Below, in pieces: positions 35,006-43,868 of a stretch of 59,769 bases of DNA. The DNA is from an uncultured virus (IMG/VR IMGVR_UViG_2061766007_000920) (Duplodnaviria; Heunggongvirae; Uroviricota; Caudoviricetes): IMG/VR virus record IMGVR_UViG_2061766007_000920. One strand, written 5' to 3'. The notes below the pieces were generated by a model. It did not search any database. It was not told the origin of the DNA and was given only the letters and a program-made list of their open reading frames with translations. Each line of letters starts with the position of its first letter. Position 1 is the first letter of the stretch. The position numbers were made by a program, and so were the translations under genes.

Positions 35006-35042
35006 TACCTTTGTTTATTTTATGTAGCTTTTTTTAATATGT

Positions 35043-35534
35043 TTACTTCTCTTGGTCTGCGTTTTGTACTGCTTCTAACGCCAACTCTTTCCTATTTTTA
35101 TATTGTTTACGTTTTCTTTTTGCTCTTTTTACGATGTATCGCTTGCCCTCCTTCTGTCCAAAAGGAGTCCTTGCGCCATAATATTGCTTATACTCTGGAT
35201 AGAGCGGAAGTACCTTTGCTATGGTTAAATCCTCAAGAGGTCTCCTTCCACATATGATTTCTCTAAGCATTTTAGCGCATTTAAACTGTAAAACCCATCG
35301 GTAAACATGGTCTGCACCATTAGGGTTGATTTCGTTTTTAGGTATCTTAAAAAGCCTTCTGTGCAGATAAAAACGCCCGATTCCTTTAATATCAAGGTCT
35401 GCTTCCGCAGGATTAGACATTAACTCTTCAACACCAACCCTAAGTGCCGTCAGTAACACTTCCTTTACCAAAGCACGAGGTATATTACTTTTTGTTTCCC
35501 TCGTTGTCTGGTCGCACCATTCTCCAAAAGTCAT
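35043..35534 (-). CDS. HU/IHF-like DNA-binding protein
   Basis: LDIKGIGRF...INP...LQFKCAKMLRE resembles the HU fold; basic tail. Confidence 0.5.
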   Translation of the reverse strand: MTFGEWCDQTTRETKSNIPRALVKEVLLTALRVGVEELMSNPAEADLDIKGIGRFYLHRRLFKIPKNEINPNGADHVYRWVLQFKCAKMLREIICGRRPLEDLTIAKVLPLYPEYKQYYGARTPFGQKEGKRYIVKRAKRKRKQYKNRKELALEAVQNADQEK

Positions 35535-35543
35535 ATAATCACC

Positions 35544-37208
35544 TCAGAATCCTAAACTAGCTCTGCTAATTATCTCTACTTGAGAACTCTCAAAAGAATT
35601 TATATAAAGAGCTAACATAGCAAGAGCATCAACACCATCATCATGTTTATTCTTTCCCATTTGTACATAAGAAAGAACACCTTGCATGAATTTCTTGTAC
35701 ATATCCGTCCATTCGGAGGGGTCTTTAAATACTACATGCTTCTTTACCCAGTCCGAATTAACAATAATCTTTGTCTCTTTGTTTGTCGTGGTATACTTCT
35801 TTGTTATAGAGCATCTTCCGCCTTTTTCGTTTACCAGACGTTGAACCTCGTTTCCTGTCCTAGAACCCTCTTTATTTGATTCAAACTGGCACATCTGAAC
35901 CTTATTCCTAACCAGACAGTTCGCATTTAGTTCATCTAACGTATATGGAGAGCCATTATCATACACAACATCTTCAAGATAGAACTTCTTTCCGTAGCCA
36001 TAAACAACTAACAAACAGTTAAAGTCAGTTCCTACGTCCTTTGTATCACATACGCCTAATATAGAGTCAGCTTCTTTTGTCTTGCCTTCATCGTCACAAG
36101 GAAGCCCGCCAAGATAGAACTGTAATTCCTCTTTCTTATAAAGTAATCCTTCTCTTTCAATCGGGTCTGACATATATAAGCACTTAAAGGTGATTTCATC
36201 CATGACATTTTCCATTTCTTTGAAATAGAAAGTATCAAACCCCTTATCGTATTTATAATCAAACTGACTTTCCCCGTTTTCATCATAGCAACCATAAGCC
36301 AAGAATCGCGCTCTGTCATTACCTTCATTTTCCCTTATAAAGTGACCTATGGGGTCATGCACAGACCATCTGGTAGCTATTGATATTTCCTTACAGCCTT
36401 TTATTCGTCTTGATTTTGCATCGTTCACGTATTTCTGATAAAGATTTTCAAGTCTTTGTACGTTCATGGCTTCTTCTGTTCCCGAAACCAAGTCATCACT
36501 CAAGATAATGCCACTTGCTCTCGTTACACCCGTCATTGAAGCATCAATTGAACGACACGTAAGAGATTTAAAGGGCTTATAGCTATTAAGGTTTATATAT
36601 TTTTCTTTATCAGACCTTGATTCAAGTTTTACATTAGGGAATATCTCTTCCCATGCATATTCTCCGCTAAACATTATGTCACACATCGAACGATGAAACA
36701 TATCTGCGATTGTTCCTGTATAGGAGACATAAAGATTGAAACTATCTGGGAATAAACCCATATAGAAAGATAAAAAGAACTCGGCAAGAGTTGTTTTACC
36801 TGCCCCCGGAACTACTGAAACCGTCAATATATCAAGTTTATCGTCCAATATGTCTTGAAAGCCCTGTACAATGCCCAGTTTATTCTTTAATATTTCTCTT
36901 CTGGGCAAATAAAATTGAGCATCTGGTTCTCTTTTATGCTCAAGAAATATCATGTAAGAGTCAAAATCCTTAAAATACCTTGCAAGATATTTCAAGGATA
37001 GAAGGTATACTTCATAAAAGGCGGGGTTCTTTACGGTCTGAACCAATGCGATGTTCCTGCCTTTTTCGCATACCCTACGTCCTTCTTCTTCGTCATTATC
37101 TGCAAGGTAGATATTTTGCCCCATTTCTATAAAATCTTTTAGACGCTTCGGATTCGTCTTTAAATCTGGGGATAATTCTAATCGTTTGATAATCGTTTTA
37201 TTATTCAT
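35544..37208 (-). CDS. terL: terminase large subunit
   Basis: VPGAGKTT Walker A, ILSDDL Walker B, TRWSVHDP, CDTKDVGTDF, HDDGVDA nuclease motif. Confidence 0.92.
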   Translation of the reverse strand: MNNKTIIKRLELSPDLKTNPKRLKDFIEMGQNIYLADNDEEEGRRVCEKGRNIALVQTVKNPAFYEVYLLSLKYLARYFKDFDSYMIFLEHKREPDAQFYLPRREILKNKLGIVQGFQDILDDKLDILTVSVVPGAGKTTLAEFFLSFYMGLFPDSFNLYVSYTGTIADMFHRSMCDIMFSGEYAWEEIFPNVKLESRSDKEKYINLNSYKPFKSLTCRSIDASMTGVTRASGIILSDDLVSGTEEAMNVQRLENLYQKYVNDAKSRRIKGCKEISIATRWSVHDPIGHFIRENEGNDRARFLAYGCYDENGESQFDYKYDKGFDTFYFKEMENVMDEITFKCLYMSDPIEREGLLYKKEELQFYLGGLPCDDEGKTKEADSILGVCDTKDVGTDFNCLLVVYGYGKKFYLEDVVYDNGSPYTLDELNANCLVRNKVQMCQFESNKEGSRTGNEVQRLVNEKGGRCSITKKYTTTNKETKIIVNSDWVKKHVVFKDPSEWTDMYKKFMQGVLSYVQMGKNKHDDGVDALAMLALYINSFESSQVEIISRASLGF

Positions 37209-37450
37209 ATTATTGGCATAGCGTATTTTTCTTCGGACTCCATGGAATCATGCAATTCTGAAAGAATCTCTGTAGCTCTCGATTCTCTTTTGTATTGTCC
37301 TAGCAGATACGCAACCTCCCCGCCTAAATTTAGCAAGAAAAGTCCATAGGCGCTATTATCAGCGTCTACCAACTTACTCTCTTGAATATATACACCTAAA
37401 AATTTACTTGTATCGTAAATCGCTTTTCCATCTTGCGTCTTTATAAACAT
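37205..37450 (-). CDS. hypothetical protein
   Basis: 81-aa ORF overlapping the terL start. Confidence 0.6.
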   Translation of the reverse strand: MFIKTQDGKAIYDTSKFLGVYIQESKLVDADNSAYGLFLLNLGGEVAYLLGQYKRESRATEILSELHDSMESEEKYAMPII

Positions 37451-37505
37451 AAATCAACAGCAAAGCGCCACCCGCTTTTACACGAATGGCGCTTCGGCTC
37501 TCCTT

Positions 37506-37829
37506 TTATTTTATTTCAACGGGCAAATCTGCTAGCTTATACTGCTTCCATTCGCCACCAAAATAAATACTTGCATCTTCTCCATTGATAAGACCTTTAT
37601 ATGGTCTGCCCTTCCAGAAATAAGCAAAATCCTCTAAAAATACAAAAGTTACCTGCTTTAAGTCCGAAGGTATCTCGTAGCTTGTCTGAGTTTCGCCGCT
37701 AATACCTTGCATGACTAAATCATGGAATAGGGCGCTCCTAGTGGTATTATTTCGCTTAACGTACCAATCAATCTTATCAATCTCGTCCTCTGTGAATTTA
37801 CTTGCTACTGTTATAGACTTACCCATCAT
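37506..37829 (-). CDS. ribbon-helix-helix DNA-binding protein
   Basis: ITVASKFTEDEIDKIDWYVKRNNTTRSALFHDLV (CopG-like). Confidence 0.65.
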   Translation of the reverse strand: MMGKSITVASKFTEDEIDKIDWYVKRNNTTRSALFHDLVMQGISGETQTSYEIPSDLKQVTFVFLEDFAYFWKGRPYKGLINGEDASIYFGGEWKQYKLADLPVEIK

Positions 37830-37837
37830 ACTCCTCC

Positions 37838-38440
37838 TTAATCAACGTCAATGATATCGCCCTCTATCAAGGGTATATCATCCATAGGTATTCTGTTTGC
37901 AATATCTGCAATGTTTGTCTCGACTTGCTGTAATGAAATGTTTGAATTGATAGTTGTTTCTGTTCTTGCTTGAACGTAGTCATGGTTATTATTCATATCC
38001 TGCATGAATGCCAATGAATTAATAAGCCCCGCATAAGCATTTTGCTTTTTACATCCTGCAATCGCTGTAGCGATATTATTAGCAACTTCTGCAAGTTCTA
38101 CATCCTCAGACCTTCTATACTTCAAAAAAACAGGTCTTGAGATTTTTGCGAACGTACAGAAGTCCTCTATATCTGGAATGATAGTAACTTCATTTTCATT
38201 CGCTTCTATAATATTTTCAAAGTATTCTCTGGCTTTTTCATAAAGAGTCTCTGCGTTATATGTGACTCTTTTTCGTTTGTTCTGTATGGTAATCTCTTCA
38301 CCAGTTTCAATCACTCCGAACATGTTCTCAAGCTGTCTTTTTGCAAGGTCTACGTTCCATTGTCTACGTTTTTCGTCCTTATTAAGCGCCTTACCTCTAT
38401 TATAGTCTACGCCTCGCTTTTTACTGTAATTAGCCATCAT
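37838..38440 (-). CDS. putative terminase small subunit
   Basis: 200 aa upstream of terL; LYEKAREYF...PDIEDFCTFAKISR resembles DNA-packaging gp3-type proteins. Confidence 0.5.
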   Translation of the reverse strand: MMANYSKKRGVDYNRGKALNKDEKRRQWNVDLAKRQLENMFGVIETGEEITIQNKRKRVTYNAETLYEKAREYFENIIEANENEVTIIPDIEDFCTFAKISRPVFLKYRRSEDVELAEVANNIATAIAGCKKQNAYAGLINSLAFMQDMNNNHDYVQARTETTINSNISLQQVETNIADIANRIPMDDIPLIEGDIIDVD

Positions 38441-38446
38441 AGCCTC

Positions 38447-38611
38447 CTACACGTTCACTAAAAATACTTTTTTACAATTACTTCCCTTGCATTTAACAGG
38501 AAGGTTTTTTATTTTTGTGTCATCTCGCAGTAAAAGTGTTTTCTTACCGCAATATGGGCAACACACCCACTCTTGTCCGTTGTTATCTTCTCTAATAGTA
38601 CCCTCTTTCAT
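38447..38611 (-). CDS. small Zn-ribbon protein (54 aa, not in ORF track)
   Basis: translated by hand: MKEG...WVCCPYCGKK...VKCKGSNCKKVFLVNV. Confidence 0.65.
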   Translation of the reverse strand: MKEGTIREDNNGQEWVCCPYCGKKTLLLRDDTKIKNLPVKCKGSNCKKVFLVNV

Positions 38612-38841
38612 CTGTTAATCCTCTTCATGGCATCGTTAAGCTGTTTACATTCTACTACAAGTTCCTCTTCGGTCTCAAATAAATCGCTTTCCTTGAAATA
38701 TTCATTGCCATACTTCGTATGAACATAATATAATTTAGAGCTATCGGGCATTATTATTTCTTTCATCGTCACAAATCTTACTATCTCTGCGTTGTAGTCC
38801 TTTACTACTATTACATACCCTTCCCTCATAATTAATCCCCT

Positions 38842-39270
38842 TTATTTCGTTCCAGTAGAACCTATGCCGCCCCTATCTGAGTTTCCGAGCGTTTCAACCT
38901 CTTCAAATTCTATTGTAGGCTGATGCTCAAAAATTCTAAACTGACAGATTCGGGTATTTTTCTCTATGAATGTGTCCTCTGTTGCATATGCAGGAAAACA
39001 CCACTGGTCGTTATCACCGCAATAAGATTCATCAATGATACCTACGCTGTTTGAAAGAAGAATCTTATGCTTTTTGTAAGTAGAACTACGAGGATATACA
39101 TGAGCCTCATAGCCTTTAGGCAGTTCCATTGCGATTCCGAGAGGAATTAGCTTAAGTTCTCCCTTCTTAATCACGGTATCTTCGGCACACCTCAAATCAA
39201 TAAGGTCTCCTACTGAAATCTTCTCAATCTTATCAATGTCTTTGCTTAAATACTTAATTCTTATCTTCAT
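38842..39270 (-). CDS. dut: dUTPase (trimeric)
   Basis: [27 protein letters not shown] motifs. Confidence 0.92.
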   Translation of the reverse strand: MKIRIKYLSKDIDKIEKISVGDLIDLRCAEDTVIKKGELKLIPLGIAMELPKGYEAHVYPRSSTYKKHKILLSNSVGIIDESYCGDNDQWCFPAYATEDTFIEKNTRICQFRIFEHQPTIEFEEVETLGNSDRGGIGSTGTK

Positions 39271-39610
39271 TCTCTAACTCCTGTTCGCTAAGTTTTATTC
39301 GCACATCTTCGTAAGATGCAACTATTTTAGGTATAAGCCATGCAATCCACTCTACAAGGTTCTCATCGTCATCATAATGAGTACCTGTTTCTCTACTGTA
39401 AGCATGAACCAACTCGTGTAACAGAACTTCCTTTACCGCTACAAAGCGTTCCTCGTCTGTTACGTCGCCTTCAAGAATAATTTCTGGGTTTCTAACAATG
39501 ATTTCGTGCAGATAACACTTACATAACCCCGCTTTATCTAACAACAGCGGATTACGTAAGTCGTCAAATTTGACTTGGTACTCCGTACCTAAGATGTTTG
39601 TAGATACCAT
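39254..39610 (-). CDS. HExxH Zn-metallopeptidase-like protein
   Basis: [10 protein letters not shown]...DENLVEW; start moved to MVSTNILG. Confidence 0.65.
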   Translation of the reverse strand: MVSTNILGTEYQVKFDDLRNPLLLDKAGLCKCYLHEIIVRNPEIILEGDVTDEERFVAVKEVLLHELVHAYSRETGTHYDDDENLVEWIAWLIPKIVASYEDVRIKLSEQELENEDKN

Positions 39611-39806
39611 ATGCCCCCTTTCCCTCCTTATAGGAGGTGACGCGCATAGCCCCTTACAATAAGTTACCATGCGCGTCCATACATACAACGTTATAAACAA
39701 AAGACCACTGATAGTGGTGAATTAGTTACTAGGCTTTGACACCTAGTAACCGTCACGAAAGGAAAGACAATCACGCCGCATCGGTTTCCCCAAACCTTTA
39801 CGGCGA

Positions 39807-39852
39807 AGATGCGGGTAGGAATCGAACCTACTTAAAGCCCAAGCCCGCATCT
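39807..39852 (-). ncRNA. minimal tRNA-like RNA (acceptor + T-arm, 13-nt linker)
   Basis: AGATGCGG-GCTTGGGCTTTAA-GTAGG TTCGATT CCTAC-CCGCATCT. Confidence 0.65.
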
Positions 39853-39910
39853 GCCTCAACAGAAAGGATAAAAAATATGAAAAAACCCACACCCATCCAA
39901 AAGACAGGAA

Positions 39911-39950
39911 GCCGTAGGCGAGAGTTGAACTCGCATAACCCATCTACAGC
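39911..39950 (-). ncRNA. 40-nt minimal tRNA-like RNA (7/5 acceptor/T stack, 9-nt linker)
   Basis: GCTGTAG-ATGGGTTAT-GCGAG TTCAACT CTCGC-CTACGGC. Confidence 0.65.
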
Positions 39951-40118
39951 ATCACATTTCAATAAACCTTTACTGCGCCAGACTTGCAGTGTTTTAAACT
40001 TATCAATGTGTCGTATAAAGTATGCGCCGTCGAAAAATCTTGATTGCTAGATTTTAAGTATACTTTACACATAAGTTTTTTGGCGTTGATGCAATCATTT
40101 AATACTACCAAGGAATAA

Positions 40119-40176
40119 TGCGACGGTAGGAGTCGAACCTACGTCATGTTTCGTTCTGCCGTTGAACTACGTCGCA
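40119..40176 (-). ncRNA. tRNA with the anticodon arm deleted
   Basis: TGCGACG-TA-GTTC AACGGCA GAAC-GAAACATGAC-GTAGG TTCGACT CCTAC-CGTCGCA; all three remaining stems are perfect. Confidence 0.8.
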
Positions 40177-40248
40177 CCTAATGCTCAGATATTTTGAGGG
40201 GGAATATCTGAAAAGGTAGAACCAAATGGCAAACTGGTTTCCCAGTGA

Positions 40249-40319
40249 CGGCGCTGATAGGAGTTGAACCTACGTCTAGGCAGTCAAAGTGCCATGCACT
40301 ACCGTTGTGCTACAGCGCT
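40249..40319 (-). tRNA. tRNA-Gln(TTG)
   Basis: cloverleaf AGCGCTG/GCAC-GTGC/TGGCA CT TTG AC TGCCT/GTAGG TTCAACT CCTAT/CAGCGCC; mismatches at 1:72 and 27:43; CCA not encoded. Confidence 0.8.
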
Positions 40320-40334
40320 ATCTCATCTATTAGT

Positions 40335-40363
40335 AGTATACCTCATATTTGATGATAAGTAAA
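40335..40363 (-). promoter_or_regulatory. promoter for the tRNA/tRNA-like cluster
   Basis: TTTACT-17 bp-TATACT, 15 nt upstream of tRNA-Gln. Confidence 0.6.
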
Positions 40364-40876
40364 CCTTTTCTTTTAAATTTTCTTCCCAATGTTTACAAGA
40401 CATTTTATCATCAGTAAGATTACCTAGCTCATCGCTATTCCTACAACAGCAAGCGCCGTTTACATGCCATCTACAAGTATTACATTCTTTCATTTACACA
40501 CCTCATCCTTTTCTGTTTAAACTGCTTAAACCAATTACAGATGCCGTCACTTTCTACTTCTTCGTTTTTCAACTTACAAAAATAATACGGGCGTTCTTCT
40601 TCGCCATTATAATTAAAGTCACAATAAGAGCAATCACTGCATTGCAGACGCATCTTCAATCAACCTCTCTACATCACTATACTTTGCGGCATATACGTCC
40701 AGTTTACTGCCCGCATTGACAGTTAAAAGCACTTCGTCATCCCCATTGGGCGTTATCTTTACAATATACCTCTCATTTACCCATCCACCGTTTAATATCT
40801 TAATCATAGTACCTGCCACTCAAAATGTATTCAAATATACTTAAACACATTTAATCACATTTGGCAATGCTTTTAA

Positions 40877-41107
40877 TTACTTAATATACCTCCTTATCTC
40901 GTTAGCGACATAATCCTTCACCCATTCTTTTGTCGCCAAATCGCCTACATCTGCCGTTGAGCGATGCTTTAATGAGTTTATCAAGTCTTCACACAAGCTA
41001 TCAAGAAGAGTAAACCAATATCCATCCTCATGTCCGTCTCTTCTAGCAAGCCTCTTTTTATCCGCAATCCTTTTCCTAATATCCTCTTTCTTAATCGAAG
41101 TAAACAT
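40877..41107 (-). CDS. hypothetical protein
   Basis: 76-aa ORF within the operon. Confidence 0.55.
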   Translation of the reverse strand: MFTSIKKEDIRKRIADKKRLARRDGHEDGYWFTLLDSLCEDLINSLKHRSTADVGDLATKEWVKDYVANEIRRYIK

Positions 41108-41309
41108 ACTTTACCCCCTTCACTCTATATCTTGACCTACCCTTAAGCTCTATATCGCCTCTTTTTACCAGATTAGAGAAATGTCTATGCACGGATGCTA
41201 TACTAGACAATCCTACACCCTCGCCTATGTCTCTCATGGTAGGTGTAACGCCCTCTCTTATCATATAGGCTTTAATAAACTCTAAGACTTCATCTCTTTT
41301 CACGCCCAA
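41091..41309 (-). CDS. LexA-type DNA-binding domain protein (no peptidase domain)
   Basis: VLEFIKAY...GVTPTMRDIGEGVGLSSIASVHRHFSNLVKRG. Confidence 0.85.
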   Translation of the reverse strand: MGVKRDEVLEFIKAYMIREGVTPTMRDIGEGVGLSSIASVHRHFSNLVKRGDIELKGRSRYRVKGVKYVYFD

Positions 41310-41710
41310 TCCTCCGTTCCTTTATCCATATCATACAGGCTCTCAATTACTCTTCGTTTCATCTCGTCCTTCTTCTTATCCGTAGTTTCTAAGGCATCAA
41401 TCACTTCATCAACCGATATATAATCCTCTTCAATGACTTTATTCTGATATCTGAACTTGCCTTCCTCATCACGATAGATTAACTCTTTATCAAGCAAAAA
41501 TCTGAATATCTTGGCTAAATGTCCTGCATCAGTGCCTATCTCTTCCGCTATCTCATCAAACAGCCCGACATTCCATCCCGTTAGTTTACCTCTTATTACC
41601 TCAGATAAGCTCAGACCAGTCATACTCGCTTCATCCCGTAGCATCTTCATCTGTTCACTGTTTACTCTCACTCTAAGAGTCTCACACAAATCTTCTGTTG
41701 GTCTGCTCAT
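41300..41710 (-). CDS. RHH/HTH DNA-binding protein
   Basis: TLRVRVNSEQMKML...TGLSLSEVIR. Confidence 0.6.
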   Translation of the reverse strand: MSRPTEDLCETLRVRVNSEQMKMLRDEASMTGLSLSEVIRGKLTGWNVGLFDEIAEEIGTDAGHLAKIFRFLLDKELIYRDEEGKFRYQNKVIEEDYISVDEVIDALETTDKKKDEMKRRVIESLYDMDKGTEDWA

Positions 41711-41911
41711 TCCTTATCTCCCTTAATGCTCTATAAATCTCTTTCTCATCGCACCCACCTTGCTCCGCCCTATCAATGGTCTCTACAAGGTATTTTAAGG
41801 CATCTATGCTCTTTATCGCCATGTTTACAGCCCATTCTTTCTCCGCGGGTGATACTGGCTCTCCATTTAGTATCTCTTTAGCCCTCTTTGTCCACATAAG
41901 TCCTCCTTATA

Positions 41912-42027
41912 TTTCATAAAAATTGCATGTTTTTTTCATGTTTATTTCATAAGAACTTCTGCTTTATTTCCTAAAAATTTCATGTTTATTTCATGTTTTT
42001 TTCATGTTTTTCTCATGGTTATTGCAT
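41912..42027. repeat. degenerate 11-bp tandem repeat (TTTCATGTTTW), about 11 units
   Basis: CAT cores start at 41915, 41926, 41937, 41948, 41981, 41992, 42003, 42014, 42025. Confidence 0.75.
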
Positions 42028-42283
42028 CAATTTTGCACTCTAGCAATGCTTCCAGTACATCATCTGCATCATCTACCAATATCCCGCCTACTGGCTTAAA
42101 CCATGGTGTCTTCCTAAACTCTTCAAGCGTTACTGGTGTCGGTATGTCTACGTCTTCTGCCATACGTATCACGTTCCTTTTCCTTTCCTCGTTGACAACC
42201 AAGATTCTCTTCCCTGTCTCGTGGCTCATAGCGATGAGTGCTTTCGTCTTTCCAAGTCCTTTTCCTCTTATTATCTTTCTCAT
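42002..42283 (-). CDS. small P-loop-like protein
   Basis: RGKGLGKT (Walker A-like) and ILVDDAD (Walker B-like); start moved to the ATG after RBS AGGAG. Confidence 0.6.
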   Translation of the reverse strand: MRKIIRGKGLGKTKALIAMSHETGKRILVVNEERKRNVIRMAEDVDIPTPVTLEEFRKTPWFKPVGGILVDDADDVLEALLECKIDAITMRKT

Positions 42284-42310
42284 AACTCTCCTTTCTATTT
42301 GCAAAATGAG

Positions 42311-42588
42311 TTTTGTGGTACAAAACATTACCCTGATTGAGTTTTGTGGTACAAAACCCTTACCTTGAAAAGTTTTGTGGTACAAAATGTTACCTTGATA
42401 GAGTTTTGTGGTACAAAACTATTTATTTTGTGGTACAAAACTCGAAACCCGCTCTGGTACTGAGTTATTTTGTGGTACAAAACTATTTTGAGGGGTTTTG
42501 TGGTACAAAATTCTGGGGTTTTGGGGTACAAAACTATTACCTTATCTGGGTTTTGTGGTACAAAACTATTGGGTTTTGGGGTACAAAA
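42311..42588. repeat. ten copies of palindromic TTTTG(T/G)GGTACAAAA
   Basis: starts 42311, 42342, 42373, 42404, 42426, 42468, 42496, 42519, 42551, 42574. Confidence 0.95.
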
Positions 42589-42590
42589 CT

Positions 42591-42620
42591 ATTTTATAAC
42601 CGAATAGGGTATGGTGTCAA
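42591..42620 (-). promoter_or_regulatory. leftward sigma-A promoter firing into the repeat array
   Basis: TTGACA-18 bp-TAAAAT (or 16 bp-TATAAA). Confidence 0.55.
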
Positions 42621-43102
42621 GTCTTTTTAGATTTGGGGGTGGGGAGAGGGGTTATTAGGCACGGAAGAGAGTTCAAAATAAACCCCCATACCACGGGTAC
42701 TAGCTGTTCTTAATAAAAGTTAACAAGAAAATCGTTCGTAATCAACAACCCCTACACTCCGCATAAATAGGCGGTTCTCAGCACCTTCGTTTAATGGTAA
42801 TTATACGAAAGTGTCTATATTTAACACAGGCGAATGTGCGGATTATTCAGTGTTTATGCGGGTTTGCGCGATTTCTTTTTTAGTGTCACCGCGATTTGTT
42901 TTAATTTGCCACCCCACCAATAATTTTTAAAGACATTCTATTTTCATTCTAAAAAGTCATTATTTAGAAACAGCTACATTCATAAAGGCTATATCTAAAT
43001 AATAACAAGAAAACATGACAGCTATTAATAAAGCATTACAGAGATATATAAGAATAAGAGTTATTTATATTGAGGTATATATAGTAATGGAGATGTGCAA
43101 AA

Positions 43103-43868
43103 GAGGGTGGCTCGGACACTTCGTTGTCCGATGCCTTCTCGCCTACGGCGATTTCAGGGGAGTATCAGAGGGTCATTGTGTCTCATCTTGAATAGAGCAG
43201 AGGAATAGCAAGAAGTGTAAACAGAGAAATAATCAAGTACCCAAACCCACAGGGCTTTATCTTGTGTGAGCGTCACGCTCGTCTCACGACTCACTGTTTA
43301 TAGTCCGCAATGCACACATCCGTGTGTGCAAAGCTCAGATGAGTAGGCAAACCAAGTTCCGACTAAGTGGCTAAGATTGTCTGTTACTTCAAGTAACAGC
43401 CAATTTTACCCACTAAGTCTCCACATTATAGTATGGGAAAGTTCTAAGGGTCTAAATAACAGCCCCTAAGAACTTTCGGCAGAACCCGCCAAGGGTGTGG
43501 GTTTGAGGTAAACGAATTGCTATCGTGCGATACTACGCATCACCGCGCCACGAACCACGTTAAATCCGCACGTTCCTACGAAACCGAGCCTTTTAAAAGC
43601 CAAAAATACTTGTAGGCTCGTTTTCTGGTTAACGACTCAAACCCCATAAAGTTTTAATAATATTTTTATACAATCTGTCAATAACAGCTATATCAAAATT
43701 AAAGACTGTGCTGACAGATTATACAAAAATATTCCTAAAACTTTACAAGCCCTTGTCTGAACCTGCCAATTCACTAACCTTTGCTAAAGCAAAGCTAAGT
43801 GAATCCATACACAGCAGAAGGTGTAATTATTGTCAGCTAAATAGCTAAAATCGAAAGGAGATTACACT
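43103..43868 (+). other. hairpin-rich non-coding region (candidate large structured RNA or DNA element)
   Basis: no ORF of 60 aa or more; at least nine inverted repeats, including long imperfect stems at 43361-43419, 43437-43477 and 43648-43744. Confidence 0.55.

Noticed and set aside
39736..40050. ORFs 39736-40050 (+) and 39743-39943 (-)
   Set aside because: They overlap the mini-tRNA elements and lack an RBS; the region is better explained as non-coding RNA.
42311..42588. CRISPR array
   Set aside because: The repeat is only 15-17 bp, spacers are 7-27 nt, irregular and related to each other, and no cas gene is present.
42328..42630. ORFs 42328-42531 (-), 42337-42630 (+) and the 5' extension of 42002-42385
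   Set aside because: They are translations of the DNA repeat (FCTTK/VPQN/LYHK), without RBS.
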